A DNA stretch of 64,000 nucleotides, from positions 133,672,001 to 133,736,000 of the forward strand of contig OX597818.1 in NCBI GenBank assembly GCA_951406725.2. The letters run 5' to 3'. Under the pieces are notes generated by a model. The model had not been told where the DNA came from. It did no database searches and was given only the letters and a program-made list of their open reading frames with translations. The first letter of the stretch is position 1. Every line of letters begins with the position of its first letter. Source of the stretch: Octopus vulgaris. Lineage: Eukaryota. Both the position numbers and the translations under genes were made by a program. Shown here piece after piece: positions 1 to 15,575 of the stretch.

Positions 1-885
1 TTTTTTTCGGCATCAATTTTTCTTCAACTTTGAAAATGGATAGGAGTTTCATGTTATCAAGCATTGATTCCGAATTGGAAAATTTGTGAAGCAAATACTG
101 GGTACTGTTGTGGATTTAGTTTTTATACAGGGAAACTAATGTTAGTCAGCATGGCTTAGGGTATGATGTGGTCTGGAAGTTATTGTTTGAAGCGATCAAT
201 GCGGAAACAAACTTACGCAGAATGAAAACAAACATAAAGTGGGGGTTCAAATTTCAGAAAATTTGTGAAGCAAATACTGGGTACTGCGTGGATTTAGTTT
301 TTATACAGGGAAAATAATGTTAGTCAGCATGGCCTAGGGAACGATGTGGTCTAGAATTTTGTCACTTCCATGCCATAACCAGGGCCGTATATTATTTTTT
401 GACCGATTTCTTTAGTTCGGTCAAACTTGCGGTGGATTCCAGTATTTCACTTTATTCCACCTTTATGGTACACCTGTTGTGCATTAAATTCAACTGATGA
501 TATAGTGATGTGCACAATTCTTCTTTATCAAAATTTTGTTGCATACCCATTTGAATATTAGCTGATGATTAATTTTCTATGGTGATGTTTAAACAAAATT
601 TTAATATTTTTACCTTTTGCTCAATTTAAAATTTTAATATTTTTACCTTTTGCTCAATTTACCTGGATTTACCTGTAATTAAAGTCACTTTGAGAAAAAG
701 TTATGCAATAGAATTGATTAAGAACCCTTTCTTTAATTATGTTCCAAATATCACATTAATATGTTGATAAGTAAAAAAGTTACAGTTATTTAAGGAAACA
801 AGCCTAGATTCATGATTATTTTAGAATTTAATTGAAACTCATGAGGGATGTATTTTGGTCAGAAATATAGTAACGAAAGGGTTAA
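1..885 (+). mobile_element. Decayed piggyBac (PGBD-like) transposase fragment with right terminus
   Basis: Reads KWGFKFQKICEANTGYC (237-287), FYTGK, SQHGLGYDVVWKL and PCHNQGRILFFDRF, all typical PGBD motifs, with frameshifts. Internal ~100-bp direct duplication (78-180 / 257-356). Ends ...CGAAAGGG-TTAA at 885, a piggyBac-type terminus. Confidence 0.8.
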
Positions 886-1011
886 ACAACATTAACAAGT
901 CTGTGAACAGGTTGCTTCAAAAAGAGTAGCATGCTCTAATCCTTTCAAAATGCCAGAACATAACATATTGCATAAGTAAACTAATGACACACATACATAC
1001 ACACATAAAAA

Positions 1012-1268
1012 AATATAAATGCGCCCTTTTTAAAGCCTAGCCAGGCTCATGGGCCCAGTTTCCCAGTTTCTATGGTGTATGTGTTCCCCTGCTGGATGGG
1101 ATGCCAGTCCATTGCAATGTTACTCATTTTTGCCAGCTGAGTGGACTGGAGCAACGTGAAATAAAGTGTTTTGCTCAAGAACACAACACATCAACCGGTC
1201 TAGGAATCGAAACCACAATCTTATGATCATGATGCTGACACCCTAACCACTAAGCCATGCGCCTCCCC
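1012..1268 (-). mobile_element. tRNA-derived SINE (family B/C head and core, distinct tail)
   Basis: Minus strand GGCGCATGGCTTAGTGG (A box) and GGTTTCGATTCC (B box); core TTGAGCAAAACACTTTATTTCACGTTGCTCCAGTCCACTCAGCTG shared with 37290 and 62897 copies. Confidence 0.8.
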
Positions 1269-1465
1269 ACACATACACACATACATACTTTATATTTTTT
1301 TTATTACTTTATAGTGATGTTTGTTTTTATATCATACTAAACACACATGTACACATACACCCACATATATATACATGTATAATTGGAGAATATATTTGCA
1401 GATATGTGTACGTCTGTAAGTGTTTATGTGCATGTGCATTCATACAACTAAGCACACATTCTTTT

Positions 1466-1804
1466 AAGACCCCCTTCAGTCATGAATGACCATGGGATTG
1501 CACCTACAAAGTTACGCTCCGAGGCACAAGTCTGGGCAAGGTTGTTTATGGAAGACCAGAAGTCGCCCATGCATACCGGCCTCCCCTCTCCATGTCACCA
1601 GTGCTATCCAAGGGAAAAGCAAAGGAGCCGATACAGCTTGGCACCAGTGACATCGCAACTCATTTCTACAGCTGAGTGAACTGAAGCAATGTGAAATAAA
1701 GTGTCTTGCTCAAGAATACAACACGCAGCCCGGTCCGGGAATCGAACTCACAACCCCACGATTGTGAGCTCAATGCTCTCACCACTGAGCCATGTGCCTT
1801 CACA
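1466..1804 (-). mobile_element. tRNA-derived SINE family C
   Basis: Reverse-complement homologue of 37290-37629; A and B boxes present; possible TSD TAAGCACACAT (1449-1459 / 1807-1817). Confidence 0.85.
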
Positions 1805-2125
1805 CATAAGCACACATAAAATCTTTTTATATTTCAGCACTTTTTGTAAATGGTTGTATCTGGGATACACCCAATCAATGTATGTCAAATCAATAGAATC
1901 TAAATCTAAATCCTTCATTTTGGTAAACTGAGTACCTCTCTAAGTTCTCAATACAAACCATATGAGTATTTGACTTTTCTTTCCAAATCTCCAGCACCAG
2001 TAACATCAGTGTCAGTAAAAAACTATACTCTATTTTTGTCAGATTTTCTTATAAATTATATATATTTCGTTGGTATGAAATATATTCATAAAATGTTTAA
2101 TACATGCATGTGTGCATGTGAGTAT

Positions 2126-2927
<802 letters not shown>

Positions 2928-4089
2928 ATATTTTTGTGTGTATTTCAACAAAATTTGACAGTATACTCTCAACAAAATCAAGCATTACCTTCCAGTTGTA
3001 TTTAAACAGAGTTAAAACTGGTTAATGAGCATATTTTATATAATGGCTAAATAATTAAGCTAGAAAGAAAAGGACTCAGGAATTAGACCAATCAATCTAA
3101 AGATTGGTCTAATGCCACAGATCACAAGTTTAAATCTAAAGCTGATGCTTTACAATATTATTTTATGTTGCCTCAGTTCACCTGACAGTTAAGAATAGGT
3201 TCTGGTTCATTTAGAAACATCACCTGTAAGAGGGAAGTATCTTATTCTCAGAAAAACTTATCTCTCATTACCTTTCTGCTATGAAATCCGAGCTAAGTAA
3301 CAGCCAGTGACTCAGGCGTCCCACTTGGCATAGCAGATATTTACATTATATACTTTAATTCAGCATGCATTTGTTAAATATCATAGTAATGTTTATATAA
3401 ATATCAGGCTTTTGCTTAATACCCTTAAAATTAGATCTAACATAAATGCAAAATGAAACCAAAAAATACCAGATAATTAACTTAATTTCTTTTATATACA
3501 ATGTTGTGGAAAGAATCAAAAACAGTGAAAATATTAGGTGTTAAAAATGAATATTTATGTCTATTATAGCTTATGAAAAGGCATTGAAACAATAAAAATT
3601 ATATACAATAGGGCAAACACAAGGGAAAACAATGTATATAGGATATTGATTATATTTTAAACAAAATACAACAAAAAGAAACTGAGAAAAGGAAAGCTAT
3701 TTTACCCATTGCTTTATAAATGAAAGAAGAATAGAAAAGTTTATCATATTGTTATAAAATAAAGAGACATAATGTACAAAGTTAAGAATTCTTTTCAACT
3801 TAGTAATCAATACTTTACAATTTACCACACATAATGAAAATTTATCTTAAAATCTAAACAGTGTTTAGAAATGGAACAAATAACATTAATTTCATGATGA
3901 TATCAATGTCAGGTAAAATAAGCAAAATAGCAAGGGGAAAAACAAAGGATTATATGTGAAACATGATGATTGGGAAGCTATTCAACTGAGCAATAAATTG
4001 ACAATATATAAAAGGAACTAAAGAAAAACATCCTCTTGGAAATTAAGTAGGCATAAAACAAATGTGCAAAATGTTAAAGGGGAAGAATT

Positions 4090-4720
<631 letters not shown>

Positions 4721-5580
4721 CATCTGTATCATTCCTGAATTCTTTTTATACGTATGCCTTGCTTGTGTGTATATCAGTCTAAAATAAAGTGTGAAAGGAG
4801 AATAATAAAGATATATATTCCTTCCCACTCCTAACAAAACAAAAAAAATAATAATAATCACTTGAAACATTTATGAGTCAGTTGTAGTTTGAAGATTGGA
4901 ACATTCTAGATCTTCAATAATGTTAAAAAAAATAAACCCCAAAAAGTGAAAGAAAGAAAAGGAAACAAAACAAGAAAGAAAAGAAGGAACATTGTAGATA
5001 TCCAAAAAATCTTTATTGCAATCAGTTTCTTATTAAAAATTAAAACTAAAAAAAAAATTACAAAGCAAAAACAGAGTGGGAGGTGAGGTAAATAGAAACC
5101 AATAATAGAAACCGTTCGAGCTTGTCTATTAAAGCTGATTATTTGCCAACAAGAAAGACAATAATGAAAAGGGGATTATCCTATAAAAAAATAATTATCC
5201 GACTCCAATGAAATAATAGTTATGAAATGTGACAATTATCAAGATATGATCAACTAGAGTAGTTAGAAAGATGAAAAAAAAAAAACATGAAGTGAAAATA
5301 TCTTGTGTTCTTTTGTTGTTGCTGTTATTTTAATTTTTTTTTATTGTCATTTTTTTTTTATAATAATTAATTTCATGTTGACTGAATGCAAACACAAATG
5401 TAATTCTACACAATAGTTCTTAATCTGCTCAGATCTGGGGGTTTTCTATGATATTCTTTTGTAAGTAAATCATTTATTGTGGTTCTAGCATTCCATTTTA
5501 TTTCGGAAAGTTTCTGTTTGTTTCTTTGTTTTTGGATTTTTGTTTTGATTTCTCTTTGCATTTTGTTTGTTTTTTAAGTT

Positions 5581-5623
5581 TATTATTATCCTTATCCTTG
5601 TTGCTATTATTACTATTATTATT

Positions 5624-5655
<32 letters not shown>

Positions 5656-5681
5656 CATTATTATTATTATTATTATCATCA

Positions 5682-5742
<61 letters not shown>

Positions 5743-5750
5743 CATTATTT
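5581..5750. repeat. (TTA)n/(TCA)n microsatellite
   Basis: Seen directly. Confidence 0.95.
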
Positions 5751-6415
5751 TTCTTTGTATACCACTTTTCCTTAGAAAATGGTGCTGCCAGCAAGTCAGC
5801 TTTATAACTTTCTATTGAGGCATTTAATAATTATTGGATATTTATATTTATTACATTCTTTTGTTTATATATGTAAAAATTGTATAATTATATAAACAAA
5901 AATCTGTTTGTTTGTATGCATGTATATATATGCATATATATATCCTCATACATGTATATATATTATACACATCCCTATATTATACATAAATATGTATTTT
6001 ATATATATATATATATATATATATCCTTATTACATGTAAAATATATATTATACATGTATAAGGATATATATATATATATATATATATATCCCTATACATA
6101 TATAATATATATTATACACATCTATATATTATATATAAATATGCATTATATATATATATATATATTTATGTATGTATGTATGTATGTATGTATAGTGTAA
6201 AGATAATAAACATAAATGAACAATACAGGAAGAACAAAGTTTGACAAATATGGTATTAGTTTAACGCTTATGAGATGGAAGCATTTAATAATTATCTCAT
6301 TTCAATTTTCTTACTTTCTTTTATTGTTATATCTGAATGTATATATATATAATTTCCATCAGAGAACCATTTTAATAATTATCGAATTTTATTTTCTATA
6401 CATTCTTTTGTTAAT

Positions 6416-6461
<46 letters not shown>

Positions 6462-6711
6462 ATGCACTCATGCAAGCATGTGTCTTTATGTCTGTTGGAG
6501 AGAAATATATGCATACAATACATCATGTTTGTTAATAGATTATGCATATACATACACATGCTCATAAATATATATATACATAGATTTATCTACTTGCAAT
6601 ACCACTTCAAACCATCTAGAGTTAAAATGATATTAAATAGTATACATACAGAAATACATACATGCACACATATACATATTAACGTATATTCATAAAATAC
6701 ATACCTACATC

Positions 6712-6770
<59 letters not shown>

Positions 6771-7289
6771 TGTTTGTAGATGGTATAGAAGCAAAATAAA
6801 AGGGGAAACATGTAATAAATAAAGGCTACATATCTAAACTGGATAATGTAATAATTTTATCTTATTATCTCATATCAGATTCCATTAACACAAACCCTGA
6901 ATGCCCTCATGGCAATATGTAAATGCATTTTAATGTGCCAATATAGACCAAAATTAGGAATATCAATTTCAACCCAGGCAACCAGTCATGAAATATAAAT
7001 AGCAACTGATATCAGTCTCTCTCAAGCTTCTGTATATCTCTTTTGTACATGCATACATATAACACATATAATCATTTCTACCCTTAAACATACATATATA
7101 ATTAAATACAGTTTATTTCTGAGCTTAACTGTCCATATGAACATAGACCACTTATCAATAATCACCTGAGTTTTAATAAGTTTTATTAAAAGTAATGAGT
7201 CGCATAAAGAATGTTCTGTTTCATAGGGAGACATACACAATATCAACAACAAATAAAAACAATAATAACAGGAATAACAATAATCATAA

Positions 7290-7850
7290 TGGTTTCAAAT
7301 TTTGGGCACAAGGCCATTAAGTCTGGTGGGGGGGAGTTAGCCAATTACATCAATCCCAGTACTCAACTAGTTCTTATTCTACTACCCCAAAATGTTGAAA
7401 GGCAAAGTTGACCTCAGCAGGATTTGAACTCAGAATGTAGGTACTGACAAAATGTCACTAAGCATTTTGTCCAGCATGCTAATGATTCTGCCAATTCATT
7501 GCTTAATAATGTAACAACAACAACAATAAGAAATAGAAGAATCATTTATGAAATTTTAGGGGAGGGGACTATTAGATTATATCGACCTCAGTGCCCAACT
7601 GGTATTTATTTTATTAATCCCAAAAGGATGAAAGGCAAAGTTGACCTTGGTGGAATTTGAACTCAGAATGAAAAGACAGGAGAACTGTCACTAGGCATTT
7701 TGTCCTGTGTGCTAAAGGGTCTTCCAGCTTACCATCCTAATAATAATTTTTTTTTTCTACAATAGGCACATGGCAGAATTTGACCACCAAGTTGACCTTG
7801 GTGGAATTTGAACTCAGAAAATACCACTATGCATTTTGTCCAGTATGCTA
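7290..7850 (-). mobile_element. Cluster of diverged SINE family D fragments
   Basis: Three copies of ...GTTGACCT(C/T)...GGA(A)TTTGAACTCAGAA... homologous to 22625-22851. Confidence 0.75.
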
Positions 7851-7854
7851 ATGT

Positions 7855-8095
7855 CTCCATATTTATCAACCTTTTCTCTTTCTTTCATGATGATATGTTG
7901 CTCTCGTGGCACTGTCACATCAATTATTAGGCACTCTTGTTTGTCCCTCCTAAAGGTTACTATATCTGGCCTTTGGTGCTTTAATACCTTGTCTGACTGG
8001 AAGTCACAGTCTCAGAGGATTTTTGCCTTCCCCTTTTCATCCATTACCTTTTCTAGTGTATGTTGGTACCAAGCACCCGTAACCTCATATCCATC
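7855..8095 (-). mobile_element. R4/Dong-type non-LTR retrotransposon, restriction-like endonuclease (RLE) fragment
   Basis: Minus translation WYQHTLEKVMDEKGKAKIL*DCDFQSDKVLKHQRPDIVTFRRDKQECLIIDVTVPREQHIIMKEREKVDKY carries the RPD..D..KxxKY RLE signature; one stop; abuts a (TAA)n tract. Confidence 0.8.
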
Positions 8096-8369
8096 ATTAT
8101 TATTATTATTATTATTGAGGTGTACTCACATGGCGAATGTTTTGAGCTGAGACGATGTGTTGAAACTAAAACGATTGCAGCCTAGAAAACATATTAGCCA
8201 TTCAGAAACACACAAAGACTTGACTTCACGTTTATCATTTGTAATATGGTGTCCAAATTTTCGTCACTCAAAACTTCATCACTGTCAACTTTCTTGTTGT
8301 TGCTATCATCATTGTTGTTTCTAACATAAGCTTACATCTATTAGTTCTAATTTAGAACCAAGTTGAAGG

Positions 8370-8560
8370 TCGTGAGCTGGCAGAAATGTCAGCATGCCAG
8401 ACAAAATGCATAGTGGCATTTCTTCTGGTTTCACATTCCGAGTTCAAATTCCACTGAGGTTAACTTTGCCTTCTGGGATCAATATAATAAGTACCAGTTG
8501 TGTAGTGGGATTGATAATAATTGACTATCACCCTCCCTGCAGTTTTCAGGCCTTGTGTTT
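8370..8560 (+). mobile_element. SINE family D, diverged
   Basis: GAGCTGGCAGAA...GAGTTCAAATTCCACTGAGG...ATAAGTACCAG. Confidence 0.7.
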
Positions 8561-8751
8561 GAAACAGACAGAAATTTAGATTCAAGTCAACGTTTTTGAG
8601 AAGAGGATGTTCTTAATCAACATTATCAATGTTAGTACTTAACTGGTACTTTATTTTATCGACTCAGTAAAAATTTGAAAGGCACAGTTGACTCTGGCAG
8701 GATTTTAACCCAGAAATATAGAGTAGCAAATCTAAATATCATAAAGCTATA

Positions 8752-9494
8752 ATGGAAGTTGCAGAGGAGGATATTCGGCATATTTTGCTTTATGAGTTGA
8801 AGAAAGGCAACAATGCAATGGAAAGTGCAAGGAATATTAATGCAGTATGTGGGGATCGGACAATAAGTGAAAACCAGTGTCAACAGTGGTTCCAGAAATT
8901 CTGAGCCAGAAACTACAGCCTAGAAGAACAACCGCATCCTGGAAGATCTGTAGAACTCGACGAGGATGTCCTGCAAACCTTGGTGGAACAAAATCCCATC
9001 GTAACTGTTTAGGAAGTAGCAGAGAAGTTTGGATTTGGTCATTCAACAAGTCATTCAAGTCAGCACTAGAAGGAAAACGATCATCTTTGGTTTCAAGACA
9101 AAAGGTGTTCTTCTATCAGAATAATGCTTGGCCACAAACAGTAAGGATTACATTCCAAAGGCAGGGGCAGTTTGAATGGGAAACGATGTCCCACCCACCA
9201 TATTTGCCAGACATTGCCCAATCTTATTATCATTTATTCTGCAGTCTTCAAAATCATTTAAATTGAAAAAATATGAATTCTCTAGACAAGGTCAGAACAG
9301 TACTGGTGGAGTATTTTTCATCACGGACAAGTGAATTTTGGAAGAGGGGCCTTGCAAGTCTACCAGATAGATGGAAAATCATTGTAGAAAATGAAGGAGA
9401 GTATATTTTAGATTAAAAAAGAACTTTGTTTGCCCTAATTTTGAAAAATAAAAGAAGTATAAAAAAACTGCATTATTTATGGGATGACCCAATA
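8752..9494 (+). mobile_element. Internally deleted mariner (DD34D) transposase pseudogene with right TIR
   Basis: MEVAEEDIRHILLYELKKGNNAMESARNINAV...QWFQKF*...GRSVELDEDVLQTLVEQNP (HTH region), then a jump to FYQNNAWP...HPPYLPDIAQSYYHLFCSLQNHL (YSPDLAPSDYHLF-like) and LPDRWKIIVENEGEYILD* (stop 9414-9416). Ends TGCATTATTTATGGGATGACCCAA-TA. Confidence 0.9.
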
Positions 9495-10169
9495 ATTAGG
9501 AATTGTATAAAAAGAAATTGTTAAAATATTTCATGTACTATAGAAGTATAAGCAATTTATTGCACATAAATTTTAACAACAAAATCTTGTATGGACTGCC
9601 CCACCCCAAGGGCCATATGGCCCCCAGTTAAGAACCACTGGTTCAATCACAATAAAGTGTCCAAGAAGGTGGACAAAGAAAGAGACAACGTAAATATCAG
9701 GATATAAGGATAAAGGTTAAAAAATAAAGGTTGTGAAAGTATGAAGGTAAAGACGAAGTGACAAAATGAGAATGTGGTAGAGAGGGTAGGGTATAATGAG
9801 TAGTAATAGAAGAAGACAATGGTAAGAATGAATGACACATTTCAAGAGAATCTAGCCAGATGGAGAGAGAGTGATGACTGGCAACACAGAAAGTGTAATG
9901 GTGTGATGTACTGTCTTCCCTGGTTAGGTTGATGAAACAGTGCAGTGAATAGAAGACAGGGTGAGTGGAGAAAGGGAGTAAATGAAGGTGGTGGTGAGTG
10001 ATGGAAAGATGAGTGCTGTTGAGATGAGTGATAATGAAACAAGAAGGTATCAAAAATGGAAGAGGCAACAGATGCAGACTTGAGAGGAACATCTTGGAGA
10101 AGAAAACAAGATGTATGCATACACACACAGATGTATATATTCAAATCTCTCCATATTTATATATGCATA

Positions 10170-10645
10170 AAAATATGCATACACATGCATGCATGCATAC
10201 ACACACACACATACATACACACACATACATACATACATACAAACATATGTACATACATACATACATAAATACATACATACATACATACATAAATACATAC
10301 ATACATACATACATGCATACATAAATACATACATACATACATACATACATACATACATACATACATACATACATACATACATACATACATACATACACAC
10401 ATACATACATACATACATACATACATACATACATACATACATACACACACACACATACATACATAAATACATACATACATACATACATACATACTTACAT
10501 ACACACAGACATACATACATACATACATACATACATACATACATACATACATACATACATACATACATACATACATACACACATACATACATACATACAT
10601 ACATACATACATACATACATACATACATACATACATACATACATG
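10170..10645. repeat. (TACA)n microsatellite
   Basis: Seen directly. Confidence 0.95.
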
Positions 10646-11270
10646 CTTGTACTGATGAGTTGTGTTTCATCTTCCGTGATTTTATTCATGTATATTCTAT
10701 GTGAAAGAAAAAGCGTTATGTGATTAAATGTTCGAGATATGAAATGTTACGTGGATGACCTTGTATTTGTTTGTTCTGCAACCATAGTTTAATACATACA
10801 TACATACATACATACATACATACATACATACATACATACACACACACACAATACCATTATTCAGGAAAAAGACTGTCCTGAAATAAATATAGAGAATCCC
10901 CCTGTTATTGAATACATACACAAATATCAGCACAAGGAATACTGGAAGAACATTCCGCATACATAGGAATAAAAAATTCTAGGTAGTTTACAGAATAGTA
11001 TATTATTTACATAAAAAAAAAGTTAAGTCAGAAGAAAAAATGAAGGTATTGTTCCTTATTTTATTTATATACGAACATAAAAAGCCTTCAAATTTTCCAA
11101 GGAAATGAAATGAAACAGAAAAGAAATGAAGTGATAAAAATAACATATTTATGTCGTTATATAAGAATATATCTTAAATGTAATGATGTAAGTATATTAT
11201 TTCATTACAGCTCAATTCATTTCATTCATTTTCATTTCCTTGGAAAATCTGAAGATTTTTATTTTTCTCT

Positions 11271-11430
11271 ATCATCATCATCATCATTTAGCGTCCGTTT
11301 TCCATGCTAGCATGGGTTGGACGGTTCAACTGGGGTCTGTGAAGCCGGAAGACTTCATCAGGCCCAGTCAGATCTGGCAGTGTTTCTATGGCTGGATGCC
11401 CTTCCTAATGCCAACCACTCCGTGAGTGTA
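11271..11430 (-). mobile_element. RTE-type LINE 3' end (family E) with (GAT)n tail
   Basis: Matches the 3' end of the RT-bearing copy at 57175-57340; further short copies at about 14695-14850, 21660-21775, 25845-25923, 47125-47298, 48880-48970 and 63290-63420. Confidence 0.8.
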
Positions 11431-11744
11431 GGCGTTATATAAATAATTATTTCTCATTTCTTCTGACTAATCTCATTATTATTATTAATGTGTATGTATT
11501 GGTTTTGTGTTTGTGTGTGTCTGTCTGTCTGTAAATGCTTGTGATTCTCCAAATTTAAGAGTCATTAGTTAGCACTTTTTTGATGAGAAGTTGATGAAGA
11601 ATAGGCTTTTCCATAACCAAAACACAGGCATCATTTTGCAGAATAATCTGATACCTATTCCCAACATATAGAGGAACTAATGTAATGTAAATTGGATAAT
11701 TATGCCTAGAAACAAAATAATGCATTTCCATTAGATTTAAGTGC

Positions 11745-12342
11745 ATGCTCTATGAGCAAGTAGTCCAACACGTCGCTTTACAAGAGCCTGCTTTACGAGA
11801 TCCTGGGTATACAATTTTTATATAATTAATATAAAACGGTTAAAGCAAAAGTTCCAAGTTTTGAACAAAGTGCAAAGGTCTCTACTACCATAACAAATGC
11901 TTCTGTGTGTTACCAAAAAATTTATAGAGAGCCAAAAAAAAGCTGCTTCTAAGCAAACATCTCTAGACTTGTTTTTTAAAAAGAAATCTAGAAGTCCATC
12001 TACAAGTACTTGTGAATCAGTGATCGCATCTACAAGTGATGATGTGCATGACTAGTGTAAGTGAAAGTGATTCAGAAAACGATTACAATAATAATATTTT
12101 TTATTATAAATGATCTTGACATTCTTCATACTTTACATAAAATATTCTTTAGATTCTACTGTTTTTTTTTATTGCCAGTTATTTATGAGTATTATAAATT
12201 TTTATAGATAAAATATTTATCTGGGAACAAATTATGATTTACAACATTGCTACTATGGGAAATTATCGCTCTGCTTTATGAGTCTTTGCTTTACAAGCAG
12301 TCTCTGAGAACAAATTAACTCATATATGAAGGCATTACTGTA
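11745..12342 (+). mobile_element. Tigger/pogo-like transposon 3' remnant
   Basis: Encodes KQTSLDLFFKK (11951-11983), a QxxLxxFF PIP-box-like C-terminus typical of pogo/Tigger transposases; ends GAACAAATTAACTCATATATGAAGGCATTACTG-TA; subterminal GCTTTA(C/T) repeats. Confidence 0.6.
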
Positions 12343-13930
12343 GTCCAATATCAAAGATATCTCCCCACTAAATCTATTTAAAATGCTTGACCCAAAATAT
12401 AAAAGTCCATAATGTTGTTAACATTAAAGACATTTTGTTGTTCATCTTTTACAAATTCTTTGGCAGAACATTGAGAATTAGACAAACAATTCAATGAAAT
12501 AGAAAACTTTTCATGACCTTTAATGAATTAGAGTCATTATTGAAGACTTCATTTTAATATAGAGTGTTGAGGGAAAGTTAATCTTCAGACAATTGACTTC
12601 AGCCAGAAACCCCATGCCTGAAGAAAAATGGCTCGAACAGACAGACATTCAGCCTTTGTTTTATATTCAATTTGCCAAGAGTCTGCTATGTCTCTATGTA
12701 TAGTTCTTCATAGAATTTCATGAAAATGTGTAACAGTTATGTATTTTTTACTAAAGGAAATAATTTTATACAGAAACAAATAAAAACATAAATAAAGAAA
12801 TAAATACATAATTTTATTTTATCAATTTGTGTTACATAAACCATGAGTAACTGATGTGAGTTTGAACATAGCAAAGTAAACTTAAAAATAAAAAAAAACT
12901 ATCTTCATTTTCTTTAAGTTTTTTGGTTAAATTTAATTGCATTTTCAATTTTTTTTCCTTAATAAATTATTTCTTTGTGAGTAAAAATTTCCCCAGTTTG
13001 GTATCAACTCAAAGTGTGCATATGCATGTTTATGTCTGAGTAAATTCTCTTTGTAATTTAACTTTCTAAAATTATGACCACAGACAATTACATTTTGTAA
13101 TTAACGTTGATACTGTTTAGTTCATTAAACATAAAATGAAAGCATTGGAACAGAAAAGTTCAATTTGGTAGATTGCTTCTCTTGATTAAAATTCATTCTG
13201 AAAAACTATTCATAAATCATAACAGTAGCTGAGAAAAGGCTTAAAAGTTGCATATGATCACAACTAATTTCAGAGAAATTTCATTTCAAGATTGTCGGCG
13301 TAACCCATTGGTTTAGGCTGTTCACTTCATGCAGCAATCAGAAATAAATTCAATCCCATAATTCATTGGTGAATATTTAACAGGAATGGATAATGACAAT
13401 ATTTTAGATGCCAACAGAATAGCATAAAAGGGTTGAGATGATGGTATGGATACATTAAGGGAATTGATAAAAGGAGCTGGTTGAATAATTATTAAAACAC
13501 TGCTTTTGCTTTGTTTTTTATTTGTTTGTTTATTTATTATTATTATTGTTATTATTATTACCATTATTGTTATTATTATTATTATTATTATCATCATTAT
13601 TAATATTATTATTATTATTACAGACTGCTTTTGGAGAGGGAAATGAAAAGGATGCATGGGTGTACAGTAGTAAATTGTGAATCTCCAAGTGATGTCTTTA
13701 ATTAGATTCTATATTAAACTCAAGATCAAATGAAGGGGAGCTGTTAGAAAAGAGTCTCTGCAGACCACGCCCATAAAGATACTAAAATACTATTGAATAG
13801 ACAAAAGTATAGAATATACACATGTGTGTCTGTATACATGTATATGGAAGCGAGAGTGAGTGTGTGTGCATATGTGTGTGTGTGTATGTGTGTGTGTGTG
13901 TGTATGTGTGTGTGTGTGTGCGTGTGTGTA

Positions 13931-13962
<32 letters not shown>

Positions 13963-14369
13963 AGTGTATGTGTGATGTGTGAGTAATCTCTTCTTCATTA
14001 AAAATTAATCTTCAGATTTAGAGTGAACTGAATGTATCTTACCAAGAAATTATTGTCACACAACGACGGCTGATAAACTAAAATTCATATAAATATATCT
14101 TAAGCTCAACTTGTAATTAGCCAAACATCATACAATACAATATAGGTCTATTTCACATTATACATATTAGGGAATTGCCTACTATTTATTTTGAATGACT
14201 TGGAGCATATAAACACATGGACAGATTAACGTGGTGTCGTGCTCAGAATAAGTTAGAGCAGATCTGCATTCATAAATTAGACAGTTAATGATGCAAATAT
14301 ATAAATATTTACATTCTTGACCACATGCTGGAAATGTCTGTGTGAATGTTATAAATATATGTGCATGTA

Positions 14370-14659
14370 TACATAAATACATACATACATACATACATAC
14401 ATACATACATACACACATACATACATACATACACACATACATACACACATACATACATACATACATACACACACACGCATGCATGCATACATACATACAT
14501 ACATACATACATACAGACACACACATACATAAATACATGCATACATACACACATACATACATACGTACACACACGCACGCATGCATACATACATACATAC
14601 ATGCATGCATACATACATAAATACACACATACACACACACACACACACACATACATACA

Positions 14660-14692
<33 letters not shown>
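14370..14692. repeat. (TACA)n/(CA)n microsatellite
   Basis: Seen directly. Confidence 0.95.
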
Positions 14693-14898
14693 CACCATCA
14701 TTTTCATCATCGTTTAACGCCTGCCTTCCATGCTGGCATGGATTGGATGGTTTGATAGGAGCCAGCCAGGCAGAAAACTACATCAGGCTTCTGTATCTGT
14801 TTTGGCATGGTTTTTATGGCTGGGTGCTCTTCTTAACACCAACCACCCTGCATACATATATACATGCACATATCAATACATACACATCTTATATACTA

Positions 14899-15089
14899 TT
14901 TTACTTGTTTCAGTCATTTGACTGCGGCCATGCTGGATCACCGCCTTTAGTCGAGCAAATCGACCCGGGACTTATTCTTTGTAAGCCCAGTACTTATGCT
15001 ATCGGTCTCTTTTGCCGAACTGCTAAGTGACGTAAACACACCAGCATCGGTGGTCAAGCAATGCTAGGGGGAGAAACACAGACACACAA

Positions 15090-15105
<16 letters not shown>
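14899..15105 (-). mobile_element. SINE family A, 3' half only
   Basis: Matches 24936-25145; broken at its internal (TA)n where a PLE-like fragment begins. Confidence 0.85.
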
Positions 15106-15126
<21 letters not shown>

Positions 15127-15127
15127 A

Positions 15128-15575
15128 TAGAAAAAATTGGAGGAGTACAGTTGGACACTTATTTTTTAATCACAACAACTGTTTCTATGAAAAGTAGTTC
15201 ACCAGGCAATCAAGTACATGATTATGTAACTGTTTCCCTGCATTATAAAATCTAGTTGTGTTTCATCAGGTGATACGTAAATATTGTCTCCGTAAGTTCA
15301 AAATCCTTGGCGTCAAGAACATCCTCTCTGTCTGTCATGGCCTGAATTTAGTACAAGTCACTGTGTTTATCAGGGTGTGTTGTTGCTGAAGGATTGTTGG
15401 TAAACTGCTTTCAATGTGTAGATATAATGGGATGGTGATTCTACTACTGTTACAGTGGTTGCCATTTTAAAGGGATTGGCATTTGATTTCTTTGTACTAT
15501 TGATTTGTTCTTCATGGTTGGTTACACATGCAATTGTGCTAAGCTAACCTTTAAGATTTGGCCTGCACATACAGA
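15128..15575 (-). mobile_element. Penelope-like element 3' fragment (degenerate endonuclease tail plus pLTR)
   Basis: Hammerhead motif at 15169-15274; minus strand shows weak GQ...NHEEQI and KFRP similarity to a GIY-YIG C-terminus; bounded by (TA)n. Confidence 0.5.
15169..15274 (-). ncRNA. Hammerhead ribozyme-like motif (type I, minimal helix III)
   Basis: ATCAC-CTGATGA-[about 77 nt]-GAAAC-AGTT-GTT-GTGAT; helix I ATCAC/GTGAT; helix II poorly preserved. Confidence 0.55.

Noticed and set aside
593-661. Short tandem duplications (about 33 bp here; 28 bp at 54041-54099) as CRISPR-like repeats
   Set aside because: Only two adjacent units, no spacers, eukaryotic context, no cas genes.
3082-3113. 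12-bp hairpin ATTAGACCAATC / GATTGGTCTAAT
   Set aside because: Isolated and short, in AT-rich DNA; no context supporting function.
10650-10752. CTGATGAG...GAAATGTTAC possible hammerhead
   Set aside because: No convincing helix I or helix II pairing.
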